Positions 21,067 to 35,529 are shown, counted from the stretch's first letter. The stretch is 64,000 nt of DNA from Escherichia coli (GCF_017348835.2 NZ_CP071375.1); one strand, 5' to 3'. Notes: generated from the sequence alone by a model not told the origin. Numbers and translations: made by a program.

Positions 21067-21345
21067 ATGAAACGCAAAAACGCTTCGTTACTCGGTAACG
21101 TGCTCATGGGGTTGGGTCTGGTGGTAATGGTGGTCGGCGTGGGGTATTCAATCCTCAACCAGTTACCACAGTTTAATATGCCCCAGTATTTCGCACATGG
21201 TGCAGTGCTAAGTATTTTCGTCGGTGCCATTCTCTGGCTGGCGGGTGCCCGTGTTGGCGGGCATGAACAGGTGTGCGACCGTTACTGGTGGGTTCGCCAC
21301 TATGACAAACGTTGCCGCCGTAGCGATAATCGCCGTCATAGCTAA
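21067..21345 (+). CDS. ychH: small inner-membrane stress-induced protein YchH
   Basis: 92 aa MKRKNASLLGNVLMGLGLVVMVVGVGYSILNQL... matches YchH. Confidence 0.85.
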   Translation: MKRKNASLLGNVLMGLGLVVMVVGVGYSILNQLPQFNMPQYFAHGAVLSIFVGAILWLAGARVGGHEQVCDRYWWVRHYDKRCRRSDNRRHS

Positions 21346-21399
21346 CAAATAATGCAGTTTGCTGACCAGTCAGTTTGCGCTGACTGGTCAATCTCGTAC

Positions 21400-23079
21400 T
21401 TATAAATCCGCCATCGCCGCGCGACGATTCGGGAAGAACGCGAGGCGTCCCGGGATCGGTTGAATGCCTGCGCGAGCCATAGTGCGCAGTGGCTGGAATT
21501 CCACGTTGCACACGCGCAGTTCACATCCTTCGGGCAGACGCTTCACAAAACGCTGGAACGCATCAAGACCACCAGCATCAAGTACCGGAACGGCATCCCA
21601 CTTCAGAATCACAATCCGTTTGCCTTCAAGACGTGACTCCAGGTCCGTGAACAAGCCTTCAGCGGCAGCAAAAAACAGCGGGCCAATAACGCGCAGAACC
21701 AGGACATCGTCTGGAACATCTACGACTACCGGTGCCAGGCGAGTCATACGTGCGATACGACGCATAAACAGCAGCGATGCCAGCACGATCCCCACGCTGA
21801 TGGCAATAACCATATCAAACAGCACGGTCAGCGACATGCACAGCAGCATGACGATGATGTCATCTTTCGGCGCATGACGCAGCAAGTCGACCACTTTATG
21901 CGCTTCACTCATGTTCCACGCCACCATCAACAGCAGGGCTGCCATAGCGGAAAGCGGCAGCCAGGAGAGCAGCGGTGCCAGTACCAGCAGGGCAAGAATA
22001 ACCAGAATAGAGTGGATCACCGCCGAGATAGGGGAAGTTGCCCCGGCACGGACGTTAGCGGCAGAACGCGCGATGGCAGCTGTAGCGGTAATACCACCAA
22101 AGAACGGAGCGATAATATTCCCCAGTCCCTGGCCAACCAGCTCGCTGTTCGCCTTGTGTTTCGTCCCGGTCATACCATCCAGCACCACGGCGCAGAGCAG
22201 AGATTCGATTGCGCCGAGCATTGCCATTGAGAATGCCGCAGGCAGCAGTGTGCGAATAGAATCCCAGGTTAGCGTGAATTCTGAATTAGGCAGATCCCAC
22301 GGCAGCACCAGTTGCGGCAGCAGTTGCGGAATACCGTTACCCTGAGAACCATCGGCCAGGACGTAGTGGAATTGCGAACCGATGGTAGCAACATGTCCGC
22401 CGAGCAGGTTAACAATCCCCATCACCGCGCAACCAGCCAGCAAGGCCGGAAGGTGACCGGGTAAACGAATGCCCAGACGCGGCCAGAAAACAAGAATACC
22501 TAGCGTCACAATGCCAATGGCAGCATCACCCACATTAATGGTCGGCAGCGCCATAAATAATGCGCCGACTTTTTGTAGATAATGTTCCGGGACATGGGCC
22601 ATTTGCAGACCGAGAAAATCTTTAATCTGCATGGTACCGATGGTGATCCCGATACCCGAGGTGAAACCTAAGGTGACGGAAACCGGAATATACTCAATCA
22701 GGCGACCAAAGCGTGCCAGACCCATCAGAATCAAAAAGATCCCCGACAGCAAGGTCGCAACCAGCAGTCCTGCCAGTCCAAACTGTTGCGACACGGGATA
22801 GAGAATTACCACAAATGCCGCAGTCGGACCGGAAACGCTAAAGCGTGATCCACCCGTCAGAGCAATGACAATCCCCGCAACAGCTGCAGTATATAAACCG
22901 TACTGGGGTGCCACACCACTACCAATAGCCAACGCCATCGCCAGCGGGATAGCAATAATCCCGACGGTTATCCCGGCAATCAGGTCACGGGTAAACCGTG
23001 CGGCAGTATATTTTTCTTTCCAGCAAGCGTCGATCAGAGCGCGGAAAGGCATCACATGTGAGGAAAATATTTTGTTCAC
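21400..23079 (-). CDS. dauA: SulP-family C4-dicarboxylate transporter with STAS domain
   Basis: 559 aa multi-TM protein with C-terminal STAS domain; matches DauA (YchM). Confidence 0.92.
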
Positions 23080-23163
23080 AATAATGTTTCATCCGTGAGC
23101 GCATCATCTGTCAACTAAATGGCAGGTGAAGGAGGCATAGGTCATACAAATGGATATTACAGA

Positions 23164-23188
23164 CAAAAAAACCCGCCGCAGCGGGTCT
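23164..23188 (-). terminator. rho-independent terminator downstream of prs
   Basis: Minus strand reads gacccgctgcggcgggttttttt (GC hairpin plus T-run). Confidence 0.65.
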
Positions 23189-23203
23189 TTGAGCCGGGTT
23201 CGA

Positions 23204-24277
<1,074 letters not shown>

Positions 24278-24301
24278 TCACCGAAACTCAGCTTGCCCGG
24301 C

Positions 24302-25152
24302 TTAAAGCATGGCTCTGTGCAATGGGGAAAGATTAACGCCTTTCGCCACAAAGCCATTGAGCCATTCCGGGGCTTGCTCTAGCACCTGGCGGGCTTCAGA
24401 CTCTGTATCAAATTCAGCAAAGACACAGGCCCCTGTCCCAGTCAGGCGCGACGGGGCGTATTCTAACAGCCAGGAAAGCACCGCATCAACCTCGCGAAAA
24501 CGTTTTCTTGCGATAACCTCGCAATCATTGCTGAATTCACATTTTAGCAACGTTTCTATTGACCTTTTTGGCGTATTGCGCGGGAGTTCAGGATCTTTAA
24601 AAATCACCGGAGTCGGAATACTTACACCAGGGTGCGCCACCAGATACCACTTCTCTGGCGGAGCCACCGGCGTTAGTATTTCACCAACTCCTTCGGCAAA
24701 CGCGGCATGCCCCCGAACAAAGACAGGAACATCTGCGCCCAGCGTCAGCCCCATTTCCGCCAGCTCATCCATGCTTAGTCCGCATTGCCAGAGATGATTT
24801 AACGCCACCAGAACCGTCGCGGCATTGGATGAACCACCGCCGAGACCGCCGCCCATCGGCAAACGCTTGTCAATGCTGATATCCGCACCGCTTCCCGTCG
24901 GAAGACGCCCGCTGTCTGCCGCAGTTTTCATCAATAACCGCGCTGCGCGAACGATCAGGTTATCTTCATGTTCCACGCCTTCAACGGGCGTTAACAGACG
25001 AATATCCCCATCGTCACGAAGCTCAATGCTGATGGTGTCGCCGTAATCAAGAAACTGAAACAGCGTTTGCAGCGTGTGGTAACCATCCGCACGCTGACCG
25101 GTAATGTATAAAAACAGATTAAGTTTTGCCGGAGAGGGCCACTGTGTCCGCA

Positions 25153-25153
<1 letters not shown>
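24302..25153 (-). CDS. ispE: 4-diphosphocytidyl-2-C-methyl-D-erythritol kinase
   Basis: 283 aa [26 protein letters not shown]... GHMP kinase motifs; matches IspE. Confidence 0.95.
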
Positions 25154-25845
<692 letters not shown>

Positions 25846-25989
25846 CTATGTTCAAGTTGTCTTAATTGCCAGAATCTAACGGCTTTCGGCAATTACTCCA
25901 AAAGGGGGCGCTCTCTTTTATTGATCTTACGCATCCTGTATGATGCAAGCAGACTAACCCTATCAACGTTGGTATTATTTCCCGCAGAC

Positions 25990-27246
25990 ATGACCCTTTT
26001 AGCACTCGGTATCAACCATAAAACGGCACCTGTATCGCTGCGAGAACGTGTATCGTTTTCGCCGGATAAGCTCGATCAGGCGCTTGACAGCCTGCTTGCG
26101 CAGCCGATGGTGCAGGGCGGCGTGGTGCTGTCGACGTGCAACCGCACGGAACTTTATCTTAGCGTTGAAGAGCAGGATAACCTGCAAGAGGCGTTAATCC
26201 GCTGGCTTTGCGATTATCACAATCTTAATGAAGAAGATCTGCGTAAAAGCCTCTACTGGCATCAGGATAACGACGCGGTTAGCCATTTAATGCGTGTTGC
26301 CAGCGGCCTGGATTCACTGGTTCTTGGGGAGCCGCAGATCCTCGGTCAGGTTAAAAAAGCGTTTGCCGATTCGCAAAAAGGCCATATGAAGGCCAGCGAA
26401 CTGGAACGCATGTTCCAGAAATCTTTCTCTGTAGCGAAACGCGTTCGCACTGAAACAGATATCGGTGCCAGCGCTGTGTCTGTCGCTTTTGCGGCTTGTA
26501 CGCTGGCGCGGCAGATCTTTGAATCGCTCTCTACGGTCACAGTGTTGCTGGTAGGCGCGGGCGAAACCATCGAGCTGGTAGCGCGTCATCTGCGCGAACA
26601 TAAAGTACAGAAGATGATTATCGCCAACCGCACTCGCGAACGTGCCCAAATTCTGGCAGATGAAGTCGGCGCGGAAGTGATTGCCCTGAGTGATATCGAC
26701 GAACGTCTGCGCGAAGCCGATATCATCATCAGTTCCACCGCCAGCCCGTTACCGATTATCGGGAAAGGCATGGTGGAGCGCGCATTAAAAAGCCGTCGCA
26801 ACCAACCAATGCTGTTGGTGGATATTGCCGTTCCGCGCGATGTTGAGCCGGAAGTTGGCAAACTGGCGAATGCTTATCTTTATAGCGTTGATGATCTGCA
26901 AAGCATCATTTCGCACAACCTGGCGCAGCGTAAAGCCGCAGCGGTTGAGGCGGAAACTATTGTCGCTCAGGAAACCAGCGAATTTATGGCGTGGCTGCGT
27001 GCACAAAGCGCCAGCGAAACCATTCGCGAGTATCGCAGCCAGGCAGAGCAAGTTCGCGATGAGTTAACCGCCAAAGCGTTAGCGGCCCTTGAGCAGGGCG
27101 GCGACGCACAAGCCATTATGCAGGATCTGGCATGGAAACTGACTAACCGCTTGATCCATGCGCCAACGAAATCACTTCAACAGGCCGCCCGTGACGGGGA
27201 TAACGAACGCCTGAATATTCTGCGCGACAGCCTCGGGCTGGAGTAG
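25990..27246 (+). CDS. hemA: glutamyl-tRNA reductase
   Basis: [23 protein letters not shown]... matches HemA (418 aa); ORF track entry starts 66 codons upstream. Confidence 0.93.
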
Positions 27247-27287
27247 CAGTACATCATTTTCTTTTTTTACAGGGTGCATTTACGCCT

Positions 27288-28370
27288 ATGAAGCCTTCTA
27301 TCGTTGCCAAACTGGAAGCCCTGCATGAACGCCATGAAGAAGTTCAGGCGTTGCTGGGTGACGCGCAAACTATCGCCGACCAGGAACGTTTTCGCGCATT
27401 ATCACGCGAATATGCGCAGTTAAGTGATGTTTCGCGCTGTTTTACCGACTGGCAACAGGTTCAGGAAGATATCGAAACCGCACAGATGATGCTCGATGAT
27501 CCTGAAATGCGTGAGATGGCGCAGGATGAACTGCGCGAAGCTAAAGAAAAAAGCGAGCAACTGGAACAGCAATTACAGGTTCTGTTACTGCCAAAAGATC
27601 CTGATGACGAACGTAACGCCTTCCTCGAAGTCCGAGCCGGAACCGGCGGCGACGAAGCGGCGCTGTTCGCGGGCGATCTGTTCCGTATGTATAGCCGTTA
27701 CGCCGAAGCCCGCCGCTGGCGGGTAGAAATCATGAGCGCTAGCGAGGGTGAACATGGTGGTTATAAAGAGATCATCGCCAAAATTAGCGGTGATGGTGTG
27801 TATGGTCGTCTGAAATTTGAATCCGGCGGTCATCGCGTGCAACGTGTTCCTGCTACGGAATCGCAGGGTCGTATTCATACTTCTGCTTGTACCGTTGCGG
27901 TAATGCCAGAACTGCCTGACGCAGAACTGCCGGACATCAACCCAGCAGATTTACGCATTGATACTTTCCGCTCGTCAGGGGCGGGTGGTCAGCACGTTAA
28001 CACCACCGATTCGGCAATTCGTATTACTCACGTGCCGACCGGGATTGTTGTTGAATGTCAGGACGAACGTTCACAACATAAAAACAAAGCTAAAGCACTT
28101 TCTGTTCTCGGTGCTCGCATCCACGCTGCTGAAATGGCAAAACGCCAACAGGCCGAAGCGTCTACCCGTCGTAACCTGCTGGGGAGTGGCGATCGCAGCG
28201 ACCGTAACCGTACTTACAATTTCCCGCAGGGGCGCGTTACCGATCACCGCATCAACCTGACGCTCTACCGCCTGGATGAAGTGATGGAAGGTAAGCTGGA
28301 TATGCTGATTGAACCGATTATCCAGGAACATCAGGCCGACCAACTGGCGGCGTTGTCCGAGCAGGAATAA
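27288..28370 (+). CDS. prfA: peptide chain release factor 1
   Basis: 360 aa with GGQ motif ([14 protein letters not shown]); matches RF1. Confidence 0.96.
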   Translation: MKPSIVAKLEALHERHEEVQALLGDAQTIADQERFRALSREYAQLSDVSRCFTDWQQVQEDIETAQMMLDDPEMREMAQDELREAKEKSEQLEQQLQVLLLPKDPDDERNAFLEVRAGTGGDEAALFAGDLFRMYSRYAEARRWRVEIMSASEGEHGGYKEIIAKISGDGVYGRLKFESGGHRVQRVPATESQGRIHTSACTVAVMPELPDAELPDINPADLRIDTFRSSGAGGQHVNTTDSAIRITHVPTGIVVECQDERSQHKNKAKALSVLGARIHAAEMAKRQQAEASTRRNLLGSGDRSDRNRTYNFPQGRVTDHRINLTLYRLDEVMEGKLDMLIEPIIQEHQADQLAALSEQE

Positions 28371-29203
28371 TGGAATATCAATACTGGTTACGTGAAGCAA
28401 TAAGCCAACTTCAGGCGAGCGAAAGCCCGCGGCGTGATGCTGAAATCCTGCTGGAGCATGTTACCGGCAGAGGGCGTACTTTTATTCTCGCCTTTGGTGA
28501 AACGCAGCTGACTGACGAACAATGTCAGCAACTTGATGCGCTACTGACACGTCGTCGCGATGGTGAACCCATTGCTCATTTAACCGGGGTGCGAGAATTC
28601 TGGTCGTTGCCGTTATTTGTTTCGCCAGCGACCTTAATTCCGCGCCCGGATACGGAGTGTCTGGTGGAGCAGGCACTGGCGCGGTTGCCTGAACAACCTT
28701 GCCGTATTCTCGATCTCGGGACGGGTACCGGGGCGATTGCGCTTGCGCTGGCTAGCGAGCGCCCGGACTGCGAAATTATCGCTGTAGATCGTATGCCTGA
28801 TGCTGTCTCCCTGGCACAACGTAATGCCCAGCATCTGGCGATCAAAAATATCCACATTCTGCAAAGCGACTGGTTTAGCGCGCTAGCCGGGCAGCAGTTT
28901 GCGATGATTGTCAGCAATCCGCCGTATATTGACGAGCAGGACCCACATCTTCAACAAGGCGATGTCCGCTTTGAGCCGCTCACTGCGCTGGTTGCGGCAG
29001 ACAGTGGAATGGCAGACATCGTGCATATCATCGAACAGTCGCGTAACGCGCTGGTATCCGGCGGCTTTCTGCTTCTGGAACATGGCTGGCAGCAGGGCGA
29101 AGCGGTGCGACAGGCATTTATCCTCGCGGGGTATCATGACGTCGAAACCTGCCGTGACTATGGTGATAACGAGCGCGTAACGCTCGGCCGCTATTATCAA
29201 TGA
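28370..29203 (+). CDS. prmC: release-factor glutamine N5-methyltransferase
   Basis: 277 aa with NPPY motif (VSNPPYI); start overlaps prfA stop. Confidence 0.94.
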   Translation: MEYQYWLREAISQLQASESPRRDAEILLEHVTGRGRTFILAFGETQLTDEQCQQLDALLTRRRDGEPIAHLTGVREFWSLPLFVSPATLIPRPDTECLVEQALARLPEQPCRILDLGTGTGAIALALASERPDCEIIAVDRMPDAVSLAQRNAQHLAIKNIHILQSDWFSALAGQQFAMIVSNPPYIDEQDPHLQQGDVRFEPLTALVAADSGMADIVHIIEQSRNALVSGGFLLLEHGWQQGEAVRQAFILAGYHDVETCRDYGDNERVTLGRYYQ

Positions 29204-29592
29204 CAAGTTTTTCTACACTGCTTAGTGTTCATCTTATTAGTATCGCGCTTTCTGTTGGGCTATTAACCTTACGTTTCTGGCTACGTTATCAGAAGCATCC
29301 ACAGGCATTTGCTCGCTGGACGCGCATTGTGCCGCCGGTTGTCGATACGGTGTTATTGTTAAGCGGCATTGCGTTGATGGCTAAAGCGCACATCCTGCCA
29401 TTTTCCGGGCAGGCACAGTGGCTGACTGAAAAGCTGTTTGGAGTTATCATTTATATCGTTTTGGGTTTTATTGCTCTCGATTATCGTCGTATGCACAGTC
29501 AGCAGGCGCGCATTATTGCCTTCCCGCTGGCGTTGGTGGTGCTGTACATCATCATTAAACTCGCCACCACAAAAGTACCGTTACTGGGGTAA
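29200..29592 (+). CDS. sirB2: inner-membrane protein SirB2 (YchQ)
   Basis: 130 aa hydrophobic protein in conserved position after prmC. Confidence 0.85.
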   Translation: MTSFSTLLSVHLISIALSVGLLTLRFWLRYQKHPQAFARWTRIVPPVVDTVLLLSGIALMAKAHILPFSGQAQWLTEKLFGVIIYIVLGFIALDYRRMHSQQARIIAFPLALVVLYIIIKLATTKVPLLG

Positions 29593-29595
29593 GTC

Positions 29596-30405
29596 ATGAG
29601 ATCGTTAGCTGATTTCGAATTTAATAAAGCGCCATTGTGCGAAGGCATGATCCTGGCTTGCGAAGCAATCCGCCGCGATTTTCCCTCGCAAGATGTTTAC
29701 GACGAACTGGAGCGTCTCGTTAGTCTGGCGAAGGAAGAAATCAGCCAGCTTCTGCCTTTAGAAGAGCAGCTGGAAAAACTGATCGCGCTGTTTTACGGCG
29801 ACTGGGGATTTAAAGCCTCACGCGGCGTTTATCGTCTTTCCGATGCATTATGGCTGGACCAGGTGTTAAAGAATCGACAGGGCAGTGCGGTATCATTAGG
29901 TGCGGTTTTATTATGGGTCGCGAATCGTCTCGATTTGCCGCTGCTGCCGGTGATTTTCCCTACGCAGCTGATATTGCGCATTGAATGTCCGGATGGCGAA
30001 ATTTGGCTGATTAATCCTTTTAACGGTGAATCGTTAAGCGAACATATGCTGGACGTATGGTTAAAGGGAAATATCAGCCCGTCGGCGGAACTGTTTTATG
30101 AAGACCTTGATGAAGCTGATAACATTGAGGTAATCCGCAAATTGCTGGATACACTCAAAGCCTCGTTGATGGAAGAAAATCAGATGGAGCTGGCGTTACG
30201 CACCAGCGAAGCTTTATTACAATTCAACCCGGAAGATCCCTATGAAATTCGCGATCGCGGGTTGATTTATGCGCAACTGGATTGCGAACACGTTGCGTTG
30301 AACGATTTAAGTTATTTCGTTGAACAGTGTCCGGAAGACCCGATCAGCGAAATGATCCGTGCGCAAATAAATAACATCGCGCATAAACATATTGTGCTGC
30401 ATTAA
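29596..30405 (+). CDS. sirB1: SirB1 (YchA) transglutaminase-like/TPR protein
   Basis: 269 aa; conserved position and sequence. Confidence 0.85.
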   Translation: MRSLADFEFNKAPLCEGMILACEAIRRDFPSQDVYDELERLVSLAKEEISQLLPLEEQLEKLIALFYGDWGFKASRGVYRLSDALWLDQVLKNRQGSAVSLGAVLLWVANRLDLPLLPVIFPTQLILRIECPDGEIWLINPFNGESLSEHMLDVWLKGNISPSAELFYEDLDEADNIEVIRKLLDTLKASLMEENQMELALRTSEALLQFNPEDPYEIRDRGLIYAQLDCEHVALNDLSYFVEQCPEDPISEMIRAQINNIAHKHIVLH

Positions 30406-30431
30406 TTAATCGACATTTTACTCAAGATTAA

Positions 30432-31295
<864 letters not shown>

Positions 31296-31315
31296 TCTTT
31301 TTTGCTTGAAAAATA

Positions 31316-31347
31316 AAGTCTTAGCGTTCTGCGTTAAGACTTTTTTC
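31316..31347 (+). terminator. rho-independent terminator after kdsA
   Basis: Hairpin gtcttagcg-ttct-gcgttaagac followed by tttttt. Confidence 0.65.
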
Positions 31348-31360
31348 ATGGGTGCCGGAT

Positions 31361-31895
31361 ACAAAAAAGGCCGCAGGCTGTTACCCTGCGGCCGGTTTCG
31401 GGCGCATATTGCCATCACGGCAGCCTGACGCCCGTTTTCGCCTTACTTCCGGTTACGCCACCAGCCGACAATCGCTGCGGTAATAATTCCCGCCAGGATC
31501 GGTGCTGCCAGGTCGTGCCAGAAAATCATGGCAAACTGCGCGAGCGTCATATAGCCGCCTTGTTGTAATGACAACATTTTGCGGCTATTCTTGAATTGTT
31601 GATGGTTCAAGATTAGCCCCCGTTCTGTTGTCAGGTTTTACCTCTCAACGTGCGGGGGTTTTCTCTTTCCAGCAACCAATGCCACCAGGGATAAAGCCCC
31701 CGCAACATTGCGCCTCACCGGATAACGCCGGCTTGGTGTGGATACTACGACTCAATTCATCTTCACTTCATCCCTGAAATGTTTGCAATGAAGAGTGCAT
31801 TCCGGTTTTTCAACAGCTGTTACAGTCGTTTCATGAGTGCTCTGGATGATGCTTCCAGCTCGGGTTGCCAATATTTACTTGTGGAAGTGATAAAG
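31361..31895 (-). repeat. LDR (long direct repeat) copy 1, ldr/rdl type I toxin-antitoxin unit (~535 bp)
   Basis: About 535-bp unit repeated in tandem (copy 2 begins 31896) with few mismatches; contains 35-aa Ldr ORF. Confidence 0.85.
31443..31550 (-). CDS. ldr: Ldr-family type I toxin peptide (35 aa)
   Basis: Minus-strand translation MTLAQFAMIFWHDLAAPILAGIITAAIVGWWRNRK; too short for ORF track; matches Ldr toxin family. Confidence 0.85.
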   Translation of the reverse strand: MTLAQFAMIFWHDLAAPILAGIITAAIVGWWRNRK

Positions 31896-32190
31896 ACAAA
31901 AATGGCCGCAGGCTGTTACCCCTGCGGCCGGTTTCGGGCGCATATTGCCATCACGGCAGCCTGACGCCCGTTTTCACCTTACTTCCGGTTACGCCACCAG
32001 CCGACAATCGCTGCGGTAATAATTCCCGCCAGGATCGGTGCCGCCAGGTCGTGCCAGAAAGTCATGGCAAACTGCGCGAGCGTCATATAGCCGCCTTGTT
32101 GTAATGACAACATTTTGCGGCTATTCTTGAAGTGTCTGGTTTCAAGATTAGCCCCCGTTCTGTTGTCAGGTTTTACCTCTCAACGTGCGG
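31896..32190 (-). repeat. LDR copy 2, proximal part (interrupted by IS4)
   Basis: Near-identical to 31361-31655; continues after IS4 at 33617. Confidence 0.85.
31979..32086 (-). CDS. ldr: Ldr-family type I toxin peptide (35 aa), copy 2
   Basis: Minus-strand translation MTLAQFAMTFWHDLAAPILAGIITAAIVGWWRNRK (I9T relative to copy 1). Confidence 0.85.
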   Translation of the reverse strand: MTLAQFAMTFWHDLAAPILAGIITAAIVGWWRNRK

Positions 32191-33616
32191 TAATGCCAGT
32201 CAGTTAAGCAACTGACTGGCTCTTTTTCGGGGCTGTGGGGTATTTCCAGGGCCTCTCCTTTACCACTCTCGGGAAGGCCCTTTCCCTTCTTGTCGGTAAT
32301 TTCACAAGTTGTCCCATACTTGCAAGATCGCGCATCAGCTCCGGTATACGTCCCGGTGAAGCGCCCTGCAATGTCATCAGCATTCTCATCACCATTCCGC
32401 ATGATTCTGAGAAGCTCAGTTGATTTGGCCAGTAACCTTTCAGATGTTCCGCCATTTTAATCATCTGATATCTCACCAGATTATAAGCCAGTAAGACACC
32501 CCACAGCTCTTGCTCCACAAGCTCAGGCTTTTTACTTCTCAGCGTCAGCCTGCTCAGTTGCATCGTCTGTTTTATCTCCCTGTATCCCAGTTCGATTTCC
32601 CAGCGATGACTGTACAGATCCGCCATTTCTCCTCCGGGGAAGCGCATGGCGTCCGTCATCGACGTCAGCAGATGGCAGACTTTTCCTTTGCGCGTCACGG
32701 TCAGCAGGCGGGCTGTCACCTCATTTCCCAGTCCCGGCCACTTTTTTCGTGCCTGCGGGCTGGTTTTCAGCTTCACCAGATGATCGCCTTTACCCAGTTT
32801 TCTGATCTCTTCATATTGCGCTCCCTTTCTGAGAGGGATCATCCAGTGGCGGTGTTCTCCCGCCAGGCTCCAGGCATTTAACAATCCCAGTGAGTAATAA
32901 CCTTTATCCATTAACGTCAGAGTGTTATCGCCGGTTTGTTCTATAAGTTGCTCAGCAAGCTCATTTTCGCTGTTCTTCATCGTGCCGAAGGCTGCAGCCG
33001 TCAGCAGATGGCTGGTCAGTTCCATCTGGCAGACCATTTTGACCTGCGGGTAGAGCGCCGGGGTCCCGGCATGTGTCTGGCGAGGGAAGGCTGCATCGTT
33101 CTCTGGTGTATCCGGTGTGCGCCAGAACACACCATCGATGGCCAGCAGGGTCAGGCCGCACCAGTGCGGATGCGGCGTGGCGTTATGCCAGAGCTGCGCT
33201 GTTTTCGTGAACACGCGGCGGACAGCCTCACTTCCCAGGCGCTGGCGGGCCTGAATAACAGCACTGGGGGCAACGAAGGTGCGATTGCCCGGCAGCATGA
33301 TGTCCAGGCGATTCACAATCTGGTGAAGAGGTTCTTTACGCTCAAGCGCCATGCCAACAATACACCAGACCATCATTTCGAGGGGAAGACGGCGCTTGCG
33401 TAGCGTTACAGTACCTGATTCGGCAAGGCAACGAGAGATGAGTTCGGGGTCGAGGTAATCTCCCAGAGAAGTCAGTGGGTTACGCAGAGAATCGTAACGG
33501 GATACCAGATCAAGAGCCTGTCCAATGTGCATAAAAAAATCCGGAAACGAGTGAGCGTTTCCGGATTCTTACACAGCCACTGGATCGGTCAACTGATCCT
33601 TAACTGATCGGCATTA
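32191..33616 (-). mobile_element. IS4-like insertion sequence, copy 1 (1426 bp)
   Basis: 18-bp imperfect terminal inverted repeats taatgccagtcagttaag / cttaactgatcggcatta; single 442-aa transposase; flanked by 12-bp direct repeats ctcaacgtgcgg (32179-32190 and 33617-33628). Confidence 0.9.
32204..33532 (-). CDS. IS4-family transposase (DDE)
   Basis: 442 aa [33 protein letters not shown]...; length and sequence consistent with IS4 transposase. Confidence 0.88.
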   Translation of the reverse strand: MHIGQALDLVSRYDSLRNPLTSLGDYLDPELISRCLAESGTVTLRKRRLPLEMMVWCIVGMALERKEPLHQIVNRLDIMLPGNRTFVAPSAVIQARQRLGSEAVRRVFTKTAQLWHNATPHPHWCGLTLLAIDGVFWRTPDTPENDAAFPRQTHAGTPALYPQVKMVCQMELTSHLLTAAAFGTMKNSENELAEQLIEQTGDNTLTLMDKGYYSLGLLNAWSLAGEHRHWMIPLRKGAQYEEIRKLGKGDHLVKLKTSPQARKKWPGLGNEVTARLLTVTRKGKVCHLLTSMTDAMRFPGGEMADLYSHRWEIELGYREIKQTMQLSRLTLRSKKPELVEQELWGVLLAYNLVRYQMIKMAEHLKGYWPNQLSFSESCGMVMRMLMTLQGASPGRIPELMRDLASMGQLVKLPTRRERAFPRVVKERPWKYPTAPKKSQSVA

Positions 33617-33795
33617 CTCAACGTGCGGGGGTTTTCTCTTTCCAGCAACCAATGCCACCAGGGATAAAGCCCCCGCAACATTGCGCCTCACCGGATAACG
33701 CCGGCTTGGTGTGGATACTACGTCTCAATTCATCTTCACTTCATCCCTGAAGTGTTTGCAATGAAGAGTACATTCCGGCTTTTCAACAGCTGTTG
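33617..33795 (-). repeat. LDR copy 2, distal part (ldr leader/promoter and rdl region) displaced by IS4
   Basis: Matches 31644-31825 of copy 1 then diverges. Confidence 0.8.
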
Positions 33796-33928
33796 CAGTG
33801 GTTTCGTGCAGGTTGTGGTACAGGCTCGCAATTCTGATTAACGACCTGTCCAGGTAGTATGAAGAAATACAATAAGCAGGAATTTATATTATCTCCCCCG
33901 ATTTCCGTCATCGGAGGAGATATAACTG

Positions 33929-35029
33929 TCAGGCAAATATCGTCATCAAATAGGCGGCAAACAGTGCCAGATGCGCTGCGCCATTGAGCACGTTAGTACG
34001 TCCGGTGGAGAAGGAGATATGGCACAGCACTAAAGAGGCCACCATCACCACCATTTCTGGCGCACCAAGTGCAAACTGCAATTCGTTACCCGTCATAAAG
34101 GCAATTAGCGTGACGACAGGTACGGTAAGCGAAATTGTTGCTAACACTGAACCAAAGAACAGATTCATCGCGCGCTGGACCTGGTTGTTCAACACTGCTT
34201 TTAATGCACCTAAACCTTCCGGCGACAGAATCAACAGTGCCACCAGGAAGCCAGTAAAGGCGACAGGGGCATTCATGCTGTCGAGCAAAGTCTCCAGCGG
34301 GCTGGCGTTCATTTTGGTGACTGCAATAACGGCAATCAGGTGGATAATCAACCAGATAGCATGCCACAGGCTGCTATGGGCAGATGGTTTACCGTGATGC
34401 GGGTCGTCATCATCACTGTCATCTTCGTGCTCGTAGACAAACAAACTTTGATGCGTTTTGGTCTGGATCAGCAAAAATACGCCATACATTGCCGCAGAAA
34501 TTAATGCTACCAGTAACGCCTGACCGGTTGAAAAATTCGCCGCAGGCAGAGCCATTGGAAATACCAGTACGATTATCGCCAGGGGGAACAGCGCAATTAA
34601 ATACTGCTTGATACCAAACAGATTCATATATTGGGTGGCAAACTTACGACCGCCCAACAATAATGAAAAGCCAACCAGCCCACCGGTAACAATCATAATG
34701 ATTGAATAGAGCGTATCACGCATTAGCGTTGGCGCGGCGTCGCCGGTTGCCATTAAAGCTGAAATCAAACTGACTTCAAGAATAACCACTGAAAGGCTAA
34801 GAATAAGCGAACCGTAAGGTTCTCCCAGGCGATGGGCTAATACGTCCGCATGACGGACAACACTAAAGGCGCTACTTAAAATACCAATAAGCGCAAGAAG
34901 ATTGATGGCAATGACCACTGGTAGTGTCTGGCTGCTTCCCCACAGGAACAGCACTACCAGCGCCAGAACCGGGAAAATAAGCGAAGTCTCCTTGTGGCGG
35001 GTTTTTACCGCCTCTTGAGCATTTGACAT
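33929..35029 (-). CDS. chaA: Na+(Ca2+)/H+ antiporter
   Basis: MSNAQEAVKTRHKETSLIFPVLALVVLFLWG... matches ChaA (366 aa); ORF track entry has 29-aa upstream extension. Confidence 0.93.
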   Translation of the reverse strand: MSNAQEAVKTRHKETSLIFPVLALVVLFLWGSSQTLPVVIAINLLALIGILSSAFSVVRHADVLAHRLGEPYGSLILSLSVVILEVSLISALMATGDAAPTLMRDTLYSIIMIVTGGLVGFSLLLGGRKFATQYMNLFGIKQYLIALFPLAIIVLVFPMALPAANFSTGQALLVALISAAMYGVFLLIQTKTHQSLFVYEHEDDSDDDDPHHGKPSAHSSLWHAIWLIIHLIAVIAVTKMNASPLETLLDSMNAPVAFTGFLVALLILSPEGLGALKAVLNNQVQRAMNLFFGSVLATISLTVPVVTLIAFMTGNELQFALGAPEMVVMVASLVLCHISFSTGRTNVLNGAAHLALFAAYLMTIFA

Positions 35030-35298
35030 TATGGTTATCCCTTTGCAGATGAATTTATCGAAAATGTAAAAAATAGGTAGGAAAAATAACAGAAAGTGTC
35101 TGGATATCGGTAACATTTTACGAATTTTTACCCCGCTGTCGATTTTTTACTCATTGGGACATAAAAATAAGTAATACGTTTAGACAATGTTTGTTTTAGC
35201 GTTTCTTAAGAACAGTCTGACATGAAAATTCTCATGTTTTGGCAAGAGTAGATATTGTTGACCACACTTAATGTTCAACTTTGTAAAAGGAGTCAACG

Positions 35299-35529
35299 AT
35301 GCCGTATAAAACGAAAAGCGATCTGCCGGAAAGCGTAAAGCACGTTCTACCGTCTCATGCCCAGGATATCTATAAAGAAGCGTTCAACAGCGCATGGGAT
35401 CAATATAAAGATAAAGAAGATCGGCGTGATGACGCCAGTCGCGAAGAAACCGCGCATAAAGTGGCCTGGGCTGCTGTGAAACATGAATATGCCAAAGGGG
35501 ATGATGATAAATGGCATAAAAAATCGTAA
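35299..35529 (+). CDS. chaB: cation transport regulator ChaB
   Basis: 76 aa MPYKTKSDLPESVKHVLPSHAQDIYKEAFN... matches ChaB. Confidence 0.92.
   Translation: MPYKTKSDLPESVKHVLPSHAQDIYKEAFNSAWDQYKDKEDRRDDASREETAHKVAWAAVKHEYAKGDDDKWHKKS

Noticed and set aside
31779-31964. 61-aa plus-strand ORF inside the LDR repeat
   Set aside because: Spans the junction of two repeat units and is not preserved in the second unit; the known coding element of LDR is the 35-aa minus-strand peptide.
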